A DNA stretch of 64,000 bases from an uncultured Actinomycetota bacterium. Its GTDB lineage: Bacteria > Actinomycetota > Actinomycetes > Propionibacteriales > Propionibacteriaceae. Below are positions 10,201 through 20,611 of the stretch, in pieces. The stretch's first letter is position 1. Each line of letters opens with the position of its first letter. The notes under the pieces are model-generated. The model worked only from the letters and a program-made list of their open reading frames with translations, was not told the origin of the DNA and made no database searches. Position numbers and translations under genes: made by a program. The stretch lies in assembly GCA_963722295.1 (NCBI GenBank), contig CAVRLB010000001.1, forward strand, positions 482,708-546,707, written 5' to 3'.

Positions 10201-11808
10201 CGGGCCGGATCGCACCTCCAGCGACGTCACGAGCTCCTCGCGGATCGCGTCCAGCGGTGGATTCGTGACCTGTGCGAAGAGTTGGCTGAAGTAGTCGAAA
10301 AGCGAACGAGGCTTGTCGGACAGCACCGGCAGCGCAGTGTCGGTGCCCATCGAACCGATCGGCTCGGCCCCGGTGTTGGCCATCGGCGCGACGATCATCG
10401 ACAACTCTTCGTGCGAGTAGCCAAACACCTGCTGGCGGCGTGCCACCGAGGCGGAGCCGTGCACGATATGGGTGCGCTCAGGAAGATCGTCGAGGAAGAC
10501 TCGTCCCTGCTTGAGCCATTCGCCGTAGGGATGCTCGGCGGCCAGCTGGTCCTTGATCTCTCGGTCGTCGATCAGCCGGTGGCCGGCCAGGTCGACGAGC
10601 AACATCCGGCCCGGGGTCAGGCGGCCCTTCTCACGGACATCGGCGGGCGGCACATCCAGCACGCCGGCCTCCGAGGCGAAGATCACCCGGTCGTCGGTCA
10701 CCCAGTAGCGCGCCGGACGAAGACCGTTGCGGTCCAGCGTGGCGCCGATCAGGGTGCCATCGGTGAACGAGATGCACGCCGGACCGTCCCAGGGCTCCAT
10801 CAAACAGGCGTGGTAGTCGAAGAAATCACGGTGCGCCTGCGGAAGGTCATCGTTGTGCTGCCATGCCTCGGGCACCATCATCATCACCGCGTGCGGCAGC
10901 GATCGTCCACCCAGATGCAGCAACTCGAGCACCTGGTCGAACGACGCCGAGTCGGAGTCACCTGGCTCACAGATCGGGAAGAGCCGACTGAGATCGCCGG
11001 GGATCACATCGGACGACAGCAGCGATTCACGAGCCCGCATCCAGTTGCGGTTGCCCTTGACCGTGTTGATCTCGCCGTTGTGAGCGATCATCCGGTAGGG
11101 ATGGGCCAGCGGCCACGACGGGAAGGTGTTGGTCGAGAAGCGGGAATGCACCAGCGCGATGGCCGAGGCGAAACGCTCGTCGGTGAGATCCGGGTAGACC
11201 TCGGACAGCTGTGAGGTCGTCAGCATGCCCTTGAAGATCAGCGTGCGGGCCGACAATGACGAGAAGTAGACACCGGCCTCGAAACGCGCGCGGCGGCGCA
11301 GCGGGAAGACCTGCCGGTCGAGGTCGATACCGCTGGCATGCTTGCGGTCACTCACGAACAGCAGCATCATGTGCGGCATCACGCCCACCGAGATCGGGCT
11401 GAGTGTTTCGGTGTGCACCGGCACCTCACGCCAGCCGTGCACCTTGAGGCGCTCCTCGAGAGCGATCTTCTCGATCGAGATCATCGCCATGTCGCGTTCG
11501 ACTTCGTCTTGGGGCAGGTACGCCATACCGACCGCGTATTCTCCGGCCGGCGGCAGTATGAAGTCGACCTCGTCGCGCAGGAACGCGTCCGGAATCTGGA
11601 CGAGAATACCCGCGCCATCGCCCGCAGCCTCGTCGGCGCCGGTGGCGCCGCGATGGTCGAGGTTAGCCAGGGCCGTGAGCCCGTCCAGAACCAGCTCATG
11701 GGTCGGCTTGGCATCTAGTTTCGCGACGAAGGCCACACCACAGGCGTCGTGTTCGTATGCGGGATCATAGAGGCCCTGCCTGCTGGGTGCCGAACCTAAC
11801 GAGATCAT
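7285..11808 (-). CDS. gltB: Glutamate synthase large subunit, ~1507 aa
   Basis: Ntn-amidotransferase start ...[14 protein letters not shown]/Fe-S central domain, C-terminal GXGXG domain. The ORF opens with GTG at 11814, but SD AGGAG abuts that GTG and sits 5 nt before ATG 11808, so 11808 is preferred. Confidence 0.95.
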   Translation of the reverse strand: MISLGSAPSRQGLYDPAYEHDACGVAFVAKLDAKPTHELVLDGLTALANLDHRGATGADEAAGDGAGILVQIPDAFLRDEVDFILPPAGEYAVGMAYLPQDEVERDMAMISIEKIALEERLKVHGWREVPVHTETLSPISVGVMPHMMLLFVSDRKHASGIDLDRQVFPLRRRARFEAGVYFSSLSARTLIFKGMLTTSQLSEVYPDLTDERFASAIALVHSRFSTNTFPSWPLAHPYRMIAHNGEINTVKGNRNWMRARESLLSSDVIPGDLSRLFPICEPGDSDSASFDQVLELLHLGGRSLPHAVMMMVPEAWQHNDDLPQAHRDFFDYHACLMEPWDGPACISFTDGTLIGATLDRNGLRPARYWVTDDRVIFASEAGVLDVPPADVREKGRLTPGRMLLVDLAGHRLIDDREIKDQLAAEHPYGEWLKQGRVFLDDLPERTHIVHGSASVARRQQVFGYSHEELSMIVAPMANTGAEPIGSMGTDTALPVLSDKPRSLFDYFSQLFAQVTNPPLDAIREELVTSLEVRSGPQGNLLEPGPESANQLVIGSPVIDSEQLSKIVHLGERADNPNGLTRVISCYYEAAGGPQALRDRLAEMRDEITAAVDDGALYIVLSDRHSNDSRAPIPSLLSTANMHHHLVRLKKRANIGMIVEAGDVREVHHMALLVGYGAAAVNPYLLFESAEDLARRELLVTVSPEQAIKNVISALEHGLLKVMSKMGVSTMASYGGAEIFEAVGLSSEFMAEFFPGTSSRVEGIGLDEIAHDIAEHHRNAYPATNALPHRTLITGGQYKWRREGEEHLFDPESVFRLQYATRTGRYDVFKRYTARVDDRSSRLMTLRALLDLKPASRPIDIDEVEPVSQIVKRFSTGAMSYGSISQEAHETLAIAMNRLGARSNTGEGGEDPERLHDPERCSAIKQVASGRFGVTSEYLSYASDLQIKMAQGAKPGEGGQLPGPKVYPWIARTRHSTPGIGLISPPPHHDIYSIEDLKQLIHDLKCANPSSRVHVKLVSEIGVGTVAAGVSKAKADVVLISGHDGGTGAAPLTSIKHAGGPWELGLAETQQTLLLNGLRDRIVVQCDGQLKTGRDVIIAALLGAEEFGFATTALVTSGCILMRVCHLDTCPVGVATQNPELRAKFAGKPEYVINFMEFIAQEVREYLAMLGFRTLEEAVGRVDRLATRKAVDHYKAQGLDLTPVLHQVDVPADAPRHQVTVQDHELDQALDVEMIEIARPALTDGEPVVGILPIRNTHRTVGTILGHEVTMATQGKGLPDDTIRFEFVGTAGQSFGAFLPKGISLLLTGDANDYLGKGLSGGHIAARLDPASGFEAATQIIAGNVIGYGATSGEILLNGIVGERFCVRNSGATAVVEGVGDHGCEYMTGGEALIIGPTGRNLAAGMSGGIAWVLDMRPEVLNTEYVDPVPLADADLNRVVELLRRHHEVTGSTRAAELLGESRGVLAARFTKLEPRDFARVVRAQAEAKANGLPQTEVTERMMEAARG

Positions 11809-11857
11809 CTGCACTCCTGTCTGGGCGCCGCTGATGGACGCGGCCCAGTGGGAAAGA

Positions 11858-11896
11858 GTAACCCCAAAGTGTTACAAGTTCTTTTCATCGTGTTAC
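11858..11896 (-). promoter_or_regulatory. GTAAC/GTTAC pentamer cluster upstream of gltB (candidate GlnR-type box)
   Basis: Gene strand reads GTAAC-acgatGAAAAgaactt-GTAAC-actttggg-GTTAC, 50-88 nt upstream of ATG 11808. The first pentamer overlaps the lgt stop codon. Period 21 nt versus the 22 nt expected for actinomycete GlnR a/b sites. Confidence 0.25.
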
Positions 11897-12855
11897 GGAT
11901 TCTTTACAGTCTCCCGATCCGGCGGGTCTTCAGAGCCGGCGGAAGCAGTGTCATCCGAGATCTCCGCCGCACCGGTGCCGCCAGCGAGGTCGGCCCGCGG
12001 ACGAGCAGGCGTCAGCCCGGTTCCCGGCCTGGCGAAACCGAAGGGCCACAGCATCACACCGGGACGCCTGCGCAGCTGCCAGATCAGCAGGATCAGCGCA
12101 CCGACGAAACAGATCACCGAGACGTAGCTGTTGACCCGCCAGCCTCCGACGTGGTTCGCCGGATCGATGCGCACCGCTTCGATGAAGAACCGGCCGAAGG
12201 TGTACCAAAGCACGTAGCAGCTGAACAGCTTTCCACGGCCCAGCTTGAAGCGTCGTTCGGCCCACAGCAGGACGAATCCGCCGATAGTGTTCCAGACCAT
12301 CTCGTAGGCGAAGGTTGGGTGAAAGGTCTCGTACGATTCGTAGCCCTCCGGACGGTAGCGGGGGTCTACGTAGAGGCCCCAGGGCAGGTCGGTGGGACGT
12401 CCGAAGAGTTCCTGGTTGAACCAGTTGCCGAGCCGCCCGATCGCTTGGGCGAAGAGCAATGCCGGTGCAAGTACGTCCGCGAACGAACCGAAATCGAATC
12501 GGTAGCGGCGGCAGACCAGCCAGGCCGCCAGGCCACCGAGCATCACGCCGCCCCAAATGCCCAGGCCGCCATTTCGGATGTTGAACGCCTGCCAGGGGTC
12601 GCGTCCGGGACCGAAGTACAGCTGGTTGTCGGTGATCACGTGATACAGCCGGGCGCCGACGATGCCGACGATCACGATGACGAAGATCGCGGAATCGAAG
12701 CGGTCGGCCTCGCCGCCACGCCGAATGAACCGCCTGCGGGCCAACCAGGCAGCGACGACAATGCCCGCGAGTACGCAGAATGCGTAGAAGTGAATCGTGA
12801 AACCACCCAATGTGAATCCGCTGATCGGCGGCGCTGGGATCTGGAGCGGACTCAT
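11893..12855 (-). CDS. lgt: Prolipoprotein diacylglyceryl transferase, 320 aa with acidic/Pro-rich C-terminal tail
   Basis: Lgt signature GRLGNWFNQELFGRPT and multiple TM segments. 4-nt overlap with the trpA stop. Conserved position after trpA. Confidence 0.9.
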   Translation of the reverse strand: MSPLQIPAPPISGFTLGGFTIHFYAFCVLAGIVVAAWLARRRFIRRGGEADRFDSAIFVIVIVGIVGARLYHVITDNQLYFGPGRDPWQAFNIRNGGLGIWGGVMLGGLAAWLVCRRYRFDFGSFADVLAPALLFAQAIGRLGNWFNQELFGRPTDLPWGLYVDPRYRPEGYESYETFHPTFAYEMVWNTIGGFVLLWAERRFKLGRGKLFSCYVLWYTFGRFFIEAVRIDPANHVGGWRVNSYVSVICFVGALILLIWQLRRRPGVMLWPFGFARPGTGLTPARPRADLAGGTGAAEISDDTASAGSEDPPDRETVKNP

Positions 12856-13709
12856 CGGCGCTGCCTGCGCACCCCGGCTGCCAGATCGGCGACCGTCTTG
12901 CGTAGTGGACGAAGGTCGCCGCTGCCCGCGTCCTCGGCCGAGATCAGGCGGCTGACCAGCGCCGAACCGACGATGACTGCGTCGGCGTACGAGGCGACCT
13001 CTGCGGCCTGGTCCCCGTTCGAGACCCCCAGCCCGACACCAACCGGCAGGCTGGGATCGGCGTCACGTGCCCGCTGGACGATCACGGGGGCCGCCGACGA
13101 GGTCTGTGCCCGGGCGCCGGTTACTCCCATCACCGACGTCGCATAGACCCACCCGCGGCACGCCGCCATGGTCATGACGATGCGCTCGTCCGACGAACTG
13201 GGCGCGATCAAGAAGACCCGGTCCAGTCCGTGGGCGTCGGACGCGGCAACCCAATCGGCGGACTCATCAGGGGTCAGGTCGGGAGTGATCAGGCCGGCGC
13301 CACCGGCGGCGGCCAGATCGCGCGCGAACGCATCGACTCCATAGCGATCGACCAGGCTCCAATAGATCATCACCATCGGGGTGGCTCCGGCCTGCGCGAC
13401 GGCCTCTACGGCACTGAACAGGTCATGAGTGCGCACGCCGCGTTCCAGCGCCTTGGTCGTGGCGTGCTGGATGACCAGCCCGTCCATCATCGGATCCGAA
13501 TAGGGCATGCCGATCTCGACCAGATCGACACCCTGACCGTCGGTTCCCTCCACCAGGGCGCGCATCGCTGCCAGCGAGCCTGGCACGTTCGGGTAGCCAA
13601 CCGGCAGGTAGCCGATGAGGGCGGCGCGTCCGGCATCGGTCGCCGCCTTCAGCACCTGGCCGGAGATGCCGAGGCGGGCATCGATAGCGTTCGTTCCAGC
13701 TGCGTTCAC
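12852..13709 (-). CDS. trpA: Tryptophan synthase alpha chain, 285 aa
   Basis: [10 protein letters not shown]...[18 protein letters not shown] motif. Overlaps the trpB stop by 4 nt. Confidence 0.95.
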   Translation of the reverse strand: MNAAGTNAIDARLGISGQVLKAATDAGRAALIGYLPVGYPNVPGSLAAMRALVEGTDGQGVDLVEIGMPYSDPMMDGLVIQHATTKALERGVRTHDLFSAVEAVAQAGATPMVMIYWSLVDRYGVDAFARDLAAAGGAGLITPDLTPDESADWVAASDAHGLDRVFLIAPSSSDERIVMTMAACRGWVYATSVMGVTGARAQTSSAAPVIVQRARDADPSLPVGVGLGVSNGDQAAEVASYADAVIVGSALVSRLISAEDAGSGDLRPLRKTVADLAAGVRRQRR

Positions 13710-14950
13710 TTCAGCGCTCCCGTCGAGTGGTCGGCCTCGCCGCGGATTCCGAAGTACTTCATGGCGGTGTCCACGTCTTTGTCGCCGCGGCCCGAGATAT
13801 TGATCACGATCACCGGTTTGCTGCTCGGATCCGCCCCGGTCAACCGAAGCGCCAGCCGACGGGCACCCGCGACGGCATGCGCGGATTCGATGGCCGGCAT
13901 GATGCCTTCGGTGCGGCAGAGTAGCTGGAATGCGTCCATGGCTTCGGCATCGGTCACCGATTCGTAGTGCGCCCTGCCCGATTTGGCCAGCTGTGCGTGC
14001 TGCGGACCGACGCCCGGGTAGTCGAGACCGGCCGAGATGGACTGCGACTCGATGGTCTGCCCGTCCTCGTCCTGCAGTACATAGGTGCGGGTGCCGTGCA
14101 GCACGCCGACCGAACCGCCGCCGATGGATGCGGCGTGATGACCGGTCTGCACGCCCTCGCCGCCGGCCTCGAAGCCGAAGAGTCCGACCTCGGGGTCGTC
14201 GATGAAGTCGGCGAACATGCCGATCGCGTTCGACCCGCCGCCGACGCAGGCGCAGACTGCATCGGGCAGCCGCCCGTAGCGCTCCAGCATGGTGGCTCGG
14301 GTCTCGGCCGAGATGATGCGCTGGAACTCGCGGACGATCTTCGGGAACGGATGCGGGCCCGACGCGGTACCGATGAGGTAATGGGTGGTGTCGACGTTAG
14401 TCACCCAGTCGCGCATCGCCTCATTCATCGCATCCTTGAGGGTGCGGCTGCCCGCGGCGACCGAGACGACCTCGGCACCGAGCAGCTGCATGCGGGCCAC
14501 GTTGAGGGCCTGCCGCTGCGTGTCGACCTCGCCCATGTAGACCCGGCACTCCATGCCGAAGAGCGCGGCGATGGTGGCGGTCGCGACGCCGTGCTGGCCG
14601 GCGCCGGTCTCGGCAATCACCCGCTGCTTGCCCATCCGGCGGGTGAGCAGGCCTTGCCCCAAGACGTTGTTGATCTTGTGCGAACCTGTGTGGTTGAGGT
14701 CCTCGCGCTTGAGCAACATCTGCGCCCCACCGCAGTACTCGCTGAGGCGTTTGGCCTCGGTGAGCGGGCTGGGGCGTCCGGCGTAGTTGATCTGCAGATC
14801 GCGCAACTCCTCGGCGAAGGCCGGATCGCGCTCAGCCTGCTCGAAGGCTGTCTCCAGCTCGTGCAGGGCCGACATCAGCGCCTCGGGGACGAATCGTCCG
14901 CCGAACGCATCGAAGTGGCCCTGCAGGTCGGGGTAATCGGAAAGCTTCAT
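13706..14950 (-). CDS. trpB: Tryptophan synthase beta chain, 414 aa
   Basis: PLP-lysine motif [11 protein letters not shown], plus [10 protein letters not shown] and GGGSNAIG. Confidence 0.95.
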   Translation of the reverse strand: MKLSDYPDLQGHFDAFGGRFVPEALMSALHELETAFEQAERDPAFAEELRDLQINYAGRPSPLTEAKRLSEYCGGAQMLLKREDLNHTGSHKINNVLGQGLLTRRMGKQRVIAETGAGQHGVATATIAALFGMECRVYMGEVDTQRQALNVARMQLLGAEVVSVAAGSRTLKDAMNEAMRDWVTNVDTTHYLIGTASGPHPFPKIVREFQRIISAETRATMLERYGRLPDAVCACVGGGSNAIGMFADFIDDPEVGLFGFEAGGEGVQTGHHAASIGGGSVGVLHGTRTYVLQDEDGQTIESQSISAGLDYPGVGPQHAQLAKSGRAHYESVTDAEAMDAFQLLCRTEGIMPAIESAHAVAGARRLALRLTGADPSSKPVIVINISGRGDKDVDTAMKYFGIRGEADHSTGALK

Positions 14951-14965
14951 GGTTTGTCCTGAAAG

Positions 14966-15754
14966 TCAGAGAGCTGCGGCCGCGATCATCGCTGCGATCG
15001 CCGCCCCGGGGTTAACGTCGGTCACCAATGCCTCGCCCACCAAGATGGCGTTAGCGCCGACCGCGCTGACGCGGGCTGCATGCGCCGGTGACGTGATTCC
15101 TGATTCGGCCACCTTGACCACCTCGTCGGGGAGGACACCACCGATGCGTTCGAACATCGATAAATCGACCTCGAGGGTCTTGAGATTGCGATTGTTGACG
15201 CCGATCAGTTCGGCGCCCAGGTCGACCGCGCGGCGGGCCTCATCGGGGGTGTGCACCTCAACCAAGGCGGTCATGCCGAGTTCGGTGGTCAGCCGAAAGA
15301 ACTCACGCAGCCGCGAATCATCGAGCGCCGCCACGATCAGCAGGATCAGATCGGCGCCATGGGCCCGGGCCTCATAGATCTGATAGGGCTCGACGGTGAA
15401 GTCCTTGCGCAAGATCGGCTGGTCGACACGCCATCGCACCAGGTCGAGATCGGTCAGCGATCCGCCGAAACGGCGCTCTTCGGTCAGCACCGAGATCGCC
15501 GCAGCACCGCCCCCGGCGTAGGCGAGGGCGAGTTCGGCAGGATCGGGGATATCGGCAAGCGCACCCTTTGACGGGCTCGAACGCTTCACCTCGCAGATCA
15601 CCGAGAGTTGCGGACCGCGGAACTCCGGCATCGGATCGTGGACCGCGGGCGCGGTCTGGAGCTGTGCGATCACCTCATCGAGCGGCGTGCGGAGCTGGCG
15701 ATCTGCCAGATCTTCCCGGACACCGGCGATGATCTGGTCGAGCACGGTGGTCAT
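14966..15754 (-). CDS. trpC: Indole-3-glycerol phosphate synthase, 262 aa
   Basis: EVKRSSPSKG, ILRKDF and GVNNRNLKT motifs. 4-nt overlap with the trpE stop. Confidence 0.93.
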   Translation of the reverse strand: MTTVLDQIIAGVREDLADRQLRTPLDEVIAQLQTAPAVHDPMPEFRGPQLSVICEVKRSSPSKGALADIPDPAELALAYAGGGAAAISVLTEERRFGGSLTDLDLVRWRVDQPILRKDFTVEPYQIYEARAHGADLILLIVAALDDSRLREFFRLTTELGMTALVEVHTPDEARRAVDLGAELIGVNNRNLKTLEVDLSMFERIGGVLPDEVVKVAESGITSPAHAARVSAVGANAILVGEALVTDVNPGAAIAAMIAAAAL

Positions 15755-17310
15755 GCGTCCTCCTCTTCCCGTTCAACGACGCTACCCGCTGGCACCGACA
15801 AGATCTCGTGACGGCCTGCCCGCGAGATCGCCCCGAGCACCGCGGCCGCCTTGTTCTGAGTCTCAAGGTCCTCGCTATCGGGTACCGAATCGGCCACGAT
15901 CCCGGCGCCGGCCTGTACATAGGCGACACCGTCGCTGATCAGGGCGGTCCGAATGGCGATAGCCGCGTCCGAATCACCTGCGAAGTCGAAGTAGCCGACC
16001 ACTCCCCCGTAGGGTCCACGGCGAGAGGTCTCCAACTCATCGATGATCTGCATCGCGCGCACCTTGGGCGCACCCGACAACGTGCCCGCCGGGAAGCATG
16101 ACATCGTCACCTCGAGTGCGCCGGATCCAGGCTTGATGCGCCCGCAGACGCTGGCCTCCAGGTGCATGACGTGACTGTACCGGTGCACCTGCATGAATTC
16201 GGTGACCTCCACAGAGCCCGGCTCGCAGACCCGGCCGAGATCGTTGCGGCCCAAGTCGACCAGCATGAGGTGCTCGGCGCGTTCCTTTTCGTCGGCCAGT
16301 AGCTCGCGTTCGAGGGCCAGGTCGGCCGCCGGGTCCGCACCACGGGGCCGGGTGCCGGCAATGGGACGAGTGGTCGCCAGCCCGGCCTTCACGGTCACCA
16401 AGGCTTCGGGACTGGAGCCGACAAGCGCGAATGCCTTACCATCGCGCTCGAGCTGCAGGAGATAGAGGTATGGGCTGGGGTTGGTCAGCCGCAGTTCACG
16501 GTAGATCGCCAGGGCGTCGGCGTCCGTGTCGAGTTCGAAGCGCTGGCTGGGCACCACCTGAAAGATGTCGCCGGCGAGAATGTGCTCCTTGGCGTCCGCG
16601 ACCATCTGGACGAATTCTTCGTGGCTACGCTGGCGACGCGGCTGCGCGGGTGCGGCGGGACTGCGCGTGGCAACCATGCTGCGGCGTGGCTGGGCGAGCC
16701 GGGTGGCCATCTGCTGAACGCGCCGGACGGCGTCGCGCCAGGCCTGCTCGGCATGTTCGGTGGACGCGTCGAAGTTGATGGCATTGGCGATCAGCCAGAT
16801 CTCGCCGGTGTGATGGTCGAGCACGGCAAGATCGGCGGCCAGCATCATCACCATCTCGGGCACGCCGATGTCGTCAGGATTGGAATCGGGGATGCGTTCG
16901 CGCTCGCGGACCAGGTCGTAGCCGAGGTAGCCGACCATGCCCGAGGTGAACGGCGGCAACCCGGGATCGCGCGGGGTGTGCAGCAACCGCAGGGTCTCGT
17001 CCAGCACCTCGAGCGGACGGCCACCTTCAGGCAGCCCGGCGATCGGACGGTCCAGCTGCCAGCCGGAGCTGCCGCGATCGCCGATCAGCGTGGCGGCGTT
17101 GTGGACGCCGATGAACGACCAGCGCGACCAGGTGCCCTGCTCGGCCGATTCGAACAGGAAGGTGCCCGGACGATGACCGCACAGCTGCTGAAACGCGGCC
17201 ACCGGCGTGATGTCGTCGGCGAGCAGCCGAGCGTAGACGCTGATGACCCGGCGGTCGGCTGCGGCGAGGAACTCGTCGAGACTCGGATGGATCTGTGCCT
17301 CACCAATCAT
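15751..17310 (-). CDS. trpE: Anthranilate synthase component I, 519 aa
   Basis: Chorismate-binding core: [47 protein letters not shown]. Confidence 0.93.
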   Translation of the reverse strand: MIGEAQIHPSLDEFLAAADRRVISVYARLLADDITPVAAFQQLCGHRPGTFLFESAEQGTWSRWSFIGVHNAATLIGDRGSSGWQLDRPIAGLPEGGRPLEVLDETLRLLHTPRDPGLPPFTSGMVGYLGYDLVRERERIPDSNPDDIGVPEMVMMLAADLAVLDHHTGEIWLIANAINFDASTEHAEQAWRDAVRRVQQMATRLAQPRRSMVATRSPAAPAQPRRQRSHEEFVQMVADAKEHILAGDIFQVVPSQRFELDTDADALAIYRELRLTNPSPYLYLLQLERDGKAFALVGSSPEALVTVKAGLATTRPIAGTRPRGADPAADLALERELLADEKERAEHLMLVDLGRNDLGRVCEPGSVEVTEFMQVHRYSHVMHLEASVCGRIKPGSGALEVTMSCFPAGTLSGAPKVRAMQIIDELETSRRGPYGGVVGYFDFAGDSDAAIAIRTALISDGVAYVQAGAGIVADSVPDSEDLETQNKAAAVLGAISRAGRHEILSVPAGSVVEREEEDA

Positions 17311-17720
17311 CGCGCGTCGTCCTCGGCGGTTGCGCCGGGCGTATCTCGACCGGGCTGTCGGTCATCGGCCAGCAGCACGCCGCCCGTATCGAAACAGCTC
17401 TCCATGCCGGTGTGGCAGGCCCCTCCGGTCTGGTCCACGATCAGCAACAGAGTGTCGCCGTCGCAGTCGATCGACACCTCGCGCACCCGCTGAACGTGCC
17501 CGCTGGTGGCACCCTTGCGCCACAGTTCCTGCCGGCTGCGCGACCAGTAGGTCGCCTGCCTGCTCGCCAGCGTCATTGCGAGGGAGTCGTCGTTCATCCA
17601 GGCCATCATCAGCACCCGCCCGCTGGTGGCGTCCTGCACGACGGCAGGCACCAGCCCATCGGAGTTACGGGTGAGCTTGGCGGCGATGTCGGGCGAAAGC
17701 GAAGGAATCGACTCGGACAT
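17307..17720 (-). CDS. hisI: Phosphoribosyl-AMP cyclohydrolase, 137 aa
   Basis: From ATG 17720: MSESIPS...[23 protein letters not shown]...T....[21 protein letters not shown]....[17 protein letters not shown]. The upstream 47 codons of the listed ORF (to 17861) have no family counterpart. Confidence 0.9.
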   Translation of the reverse strand: MSESIPSLSPDIAAKLTRNSDGLVPAVVQDATSGRVLMMAWMNDDSLAMTLASRQATYWSRSRQELWRKGATSGHVQRVREVSIDCDGDTLLLIVDQTGGACHTGMESCFDTGGVLLADDRQPGRDTPGATAEDDAR

Positions 17721-17886
17721 ATGGCCTATTGTTCCGCATTCGTTGGCCGGCACCCAAAGATGCTCCCTGATGGACAGGTCAACCGGGCACCACGCGCTTG
17801 AATGCTCCCCAGATGGCCTCCCAGCGCGCAGTCGGACCACAAAGAGGCATCTGGCGAGCACTGGAGCGCGTTGCAGCGTTCGAACA

Positions 17887-17925
17887 CCTAGGTCTGCTAG
17901 GGTTACTACACCTAGCAGACCTAGG
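17887..17925. promoter_or_regulatory. Perfect 15-bp inverted repeat (9-nt spacer) immediately upstream of padR; candidate autoregulatory operator or 5'-UTR hairpin
   Basis: CCTAGGTCTGCTAGG-gttactaca-CCTAGCAGACCTAGG, read directly. Ends 12 nt before ATG 17938 and 3 nt before the AGGAG SD. Confidence 0.6.
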
Positions 17926-17937
17926 GATAGGAGCGCT

Positions 17938-18303
17938 ATGCATATCGATAAGGACCTCGTGGCCGCCTCCGCGACGCCGCTCGTCCTGGGAATCCTGGCC
18001 AGCGGCGAATCCTACGGCTACGCGATTCTCAAGCGCGTCAATGAGTTGTCCGGTGGCCAGATGCAATGGACCGACGGCATGCTCTACCCCCTGCTGCATC
18101 GCCTGGAGCGACTCGGCTACGTCGATGCGTCGTGGGGCAGCTCCGATACCGGACGAAAGCGCAAGCACTACGCGATCACGCCGACCGGCCAAGCACTGCT
18201 TGCCGAGCGGCAACAGCAATGGAGCATCGTGTCGGACGCGTTGGCTCAGGTCTGGCGTAGCGTCGAAGGCCAGGCACGCCCGATCGGAGGGTGGGCATCA
18301 TGA
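17938..18303 (+). CDS. PadR-family transcriptional regulator, 121 aa
   Basis: From ATG 17938: [20 protein letters not shown]...[17 protein letters not shown]...[10 protein letters not shown], the classic PadR winged-helix pattern. Confidence 0.85.
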   Translation: MHIDKDLVAASATPLVLGILASGESYGYAILKRVNELSGGQMQWTDGMLYPLLHRLERLGYVDASWGSSDTGRKRKHYAITPTGQALLAERQQQWSIVSDALAQVWRSVEGQARPIGGWAS

Positions 18304-19670
18304 GTGCGCAGCCACAACCCAATCCGCACGAGGAGTTGGAAGCTCAGATCGCGCAGTGGCGCCGCTATGTTCAGCGGCGCGAGGCGATCTCGGCCGCAGA
18401 CGTGGACGAGATGGAAGACCATCTGCGCGAACGCATCGACGAACTCCGGTCCGTGGGCCTCGACGATGACGAATCGTTCTTGGTGTCCGTCAAGAGGATG
18501 GGCAGCCTGGACGAGCTCTCGCGCGAATTCGCTCGGGAACACTCCGACCGGTTGTGGAAGCAACTCGTGCTGGTTTCTCCCGAACCGGCGGGCCCCCGCC
18601 GAGCGTCTCGCGAGCTCGCCGTCATGCTGGGCCTCGCGGTCGCCGCCGGCCTGACGATCAAAGCAGGATTGCTGGCGCTCAGCGATCTGGCGTTCGTCAT
18701 GAACGCTGCACTGCTCATCTTGCCGTTCGTGGCCGGCTATCTCGGCTGGAAACGTCGCCTGAGACTACCTACGGCTGCGGTCATCGCAGGCATCTTCGTC
18801 GTCCTCGCCGTGGCGCTCAACGCATATCCCTTCGACGACAATGGCTCGACCATGCTGGTCGCCACGCTGCATGCGCCGGTGGTCGCCTGGGGCGCGGTGG
18901 GTCTCGGCTATGTCGGTGGACGCTGGCGGTCCCAGGAACGCCGGATGGACTTCGTCCGATTCACCGGCGAACTGGTGATCTACTACGTTCTGCTGGCCCT
19001 CGGCGGCGGAGTGCTACTGGCCTTGTTGGCGACGGTGCTCACGCTTGCCGATCTGCCATCGGGTTCGATCGACACCATGCTGGGTCGCTGGATTCTTCCA
19101 CTGGCCGCGCCTGGCGCGGTGCTCGTCGCCGCCTGGCTCGTGGAGGCCAAGCAGAACGTGGTCGAGAACATCGCCCCCGTGCTCACCAAGGTCTTCACGC
19201 CGCTGACCTTCCTCATGCTGGTCGGATGCCTGGTCGCGCTGATCCACGCCGGTGATCTCACCGAGGCCGACCGGACGCTGCTGATCGTCATGGACGCCAT
19301 CTTGGTGCTGGTGCTCGGTCTGCTGCTCTACGCCGTCTCGGCACGCGATCCGCTGGCTCCTCCGCAGTTCTTCGACGGTTTGCAGGTCGCGCTGTTGATT
19401 GCCGCAATCGGCGTGGACGCAGTCGGGATGGCCGCGATGACGAGCCGGATCGCCGAATTCGGCGCGAGCCCGAACAAGGTTGTGGCTCTCGGCCTCAACG
19501 TGCTCCTGCTGATTCAGCTGGTCTGGTCGGCCGTGCTCGGAGCTGGGTTCTGTCTCGGCAGACGCCCCTTCGCTCAGCTCTTCGGCTGGCAGACCCGCTT
19601 CCTTCCGGCATACCTGATATGGGCGGGGTTCGTCGTGCTCGCCATTCCGCCCATTTTCGCCTTCAACTGA
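18300..19670 (+). CDS. Membrane protein with cytoplasmic DUF1700/HAAS-like N-terminal helical domain and polytopic C-terminal region (PadR partner), ~456 aa
   Basis: ATGA overlap with the padR stop. N-terminus ELEAQIAQWRRYV...DVDEMEDHLRERIDELRSVGLDDDESFLVSVKRMGSLDELSREFAREH is followed by about 10 hydrophobic segments. Confidence 0.7.
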   Translation: MSAQPQPNPHEELEAQIAQWRRYVQRREAISAADVDEMEDHLRERIDELRSVGLDDDESFLVSVKRMGSLDELSREFAREHSDRLWKQLVLVSPEPAGPRRASRELAVMLGLAVAAGLTIKAGLLALSDLAFVMNAALLILPFVAGYLGWKRRLRLPTAAVIAGIFVVLAVALNAYPFDDNGSTMLVATLHAPVVAWGAVGLGYVGGRWRSQERRMDFVRFTGELVIYYVLLALGGGVLLALLATVLTLADLPSGSIDTMLGRWILPLAAPGAVLVAAWLVEAKQNVVENIAPVLTKVFTPLTFLMLVGCLVALIHAGDLTEADRTLLIVMDAILVLVLGLLLYAVSARDPLAPPQFFDGLQVALLIAAIGVDAVGMAAMTSRIAEFGASPNKVVALGLNVLLLIQLVWSAVLGAGFCLGRRPFAQLFGWQTRFLPAYLIWAGFVVLAIPPIFAFN

Positions 19671-19736
19671 CGTGCCGACTATCGAGCGGCGAAAGATCGT
19701 CCGGCGCTCGACCTGAATCTGCGCCCTCCCAAGGAT

Positions 19737-20135
19737 CTAGTCGGTGACGATCGGCAGACCGGTCACCTGCGCCGCCTTCTCGACGGAGCCGAGGTTGGTC
19801 ACATTGACGATGCCTGCCTTCTCCATCAGCTTCATGGCCTGGCCGGCGCGGTTGCCCGAGCGGCAGTAGAGGTAGTACTCGGCGTCGGGATCCATGCCCG
19901 GGATTGCCGCCTCGAACTGGCCCCCACTGAAGTCGAGAAGCCGGGCGCCCTCAAGATGCCCCTCGGCGAACTCGCTGGGAGTGCGAACGTCGAGCAGGAT
20001 CGCGTCGCTATCGAGCGGTGCAGCTTCGGAGCCGGACTGCGAACCGGACGAGCATGCCGCCATACCGATGACGAGCGCGACGCCGGCCAACCACAATGCG
20101 GCAGTACGGACGAACGAGGGCCTGCGACGATTCAT
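19737..20135 (-). CDS. Rhodanese-domain sulfurtransferase with lipoprotein-type signal peptide, 132 aa
   Basis: Signal plus lipobox-like LVIGMAAC. Rhodanese fold ILLDVRTPSEFAEGHLEGA with active-site loop YCRSGNRAG. Confidence 0.8.
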   Translation of the reverse strand: MNRRRPSFVRTAALWLAGVALVIGMAACSSGSQSGSEAAPLDSDAILLDVRTPSEFAEGHLEGARLLDFSGGQFEAAIPGMDPDAEYYLYCRSGNRAGQAMKLMEKAGIVNVTNLGSVEKAAQVTGLPIVTD

Positions 20136-20211
20136 GGCGATCCTTTCGGTGAACAGAAAACTAGCAAACGGTGGTCGAGATCCCGAGCATGTCCCGGCTG
20201 GGCGGTAGCCG

Positions 20212-20583
20212 TCAGCAGGATTGGGCGGCGGATCGCCGAGCGATTTCTTCTCGCACCTCGTCCATATCCAGGTCTTTCGCGCCTTGGATCAGCTGCTTGA
20301 GCTGGGCCGGACGCAGCAGGCCGGGCTGGGCGAAGAGCAGGATCCCGTCACGAAAGACCATCAGCGTGGGAATCGAGGTGATACCGAATTGCGCGGCGAG
20401 TTCTTGCTGGGCCTCGGTGTCGACCTTGCCGAAGACGATGTCGGTGTTCTGTTTGGAGGCGCGCTCGAAGATCGGCGCGAAAAGCCGGCACGGGCCGCAC
20501 CAGGCGGCCCAGAAGTCGACGAGCACGACGCCTTCGGCGATGGTGCTCTCGAAGTTCTCCAAGGTGAGGTCGGTGGTGGCCAT
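20212..20583 (-). CDS. Thioredoxin, 123 aa with C-terminal extension
   Basis: From ATG 20583 (SD GGAAGGA 8 nt upstream): VLVDFWAAWCGPCR...IPTLMVFRDG. The listed ORF start at 20643 overlaps the upstream gene. Confidence 0.9.
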   Translation of the reverse strand: MATTDLTLENFESTIAEGVVLVDFWAAWCGPCRLFAPIFERASKQNTDIVFGKVDTEAQQELAAQFGITSIPTLMVFRDGILLFAQPGLLRPAQLKQLIQGAKDLDMDEVREEIARRSAAQSC

Positions 20584-20611
20584 GCGGATCGTCCTTCCGA
20601 GGTAGCGGGAT

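Noticed and set aside
6009-11214. Long plus-strand ORFs 6009..7178, 7264..9720 (818 aa) and 9805..11214
   Set aside because: They are antisense shadows of gltD and gltB, which have clear family motifs. The shadows have no motifs of their own and reversed codon-position GC bias.
17878-17885. GTTCGAAC as a LexA/SOS box near the hisI-padR gap
   Set aside because: It is only a single 8-bp palindrome. The actinobacterial SOS box TCGAAC-N4-GTTCGA needs a second half-site, which is absent.
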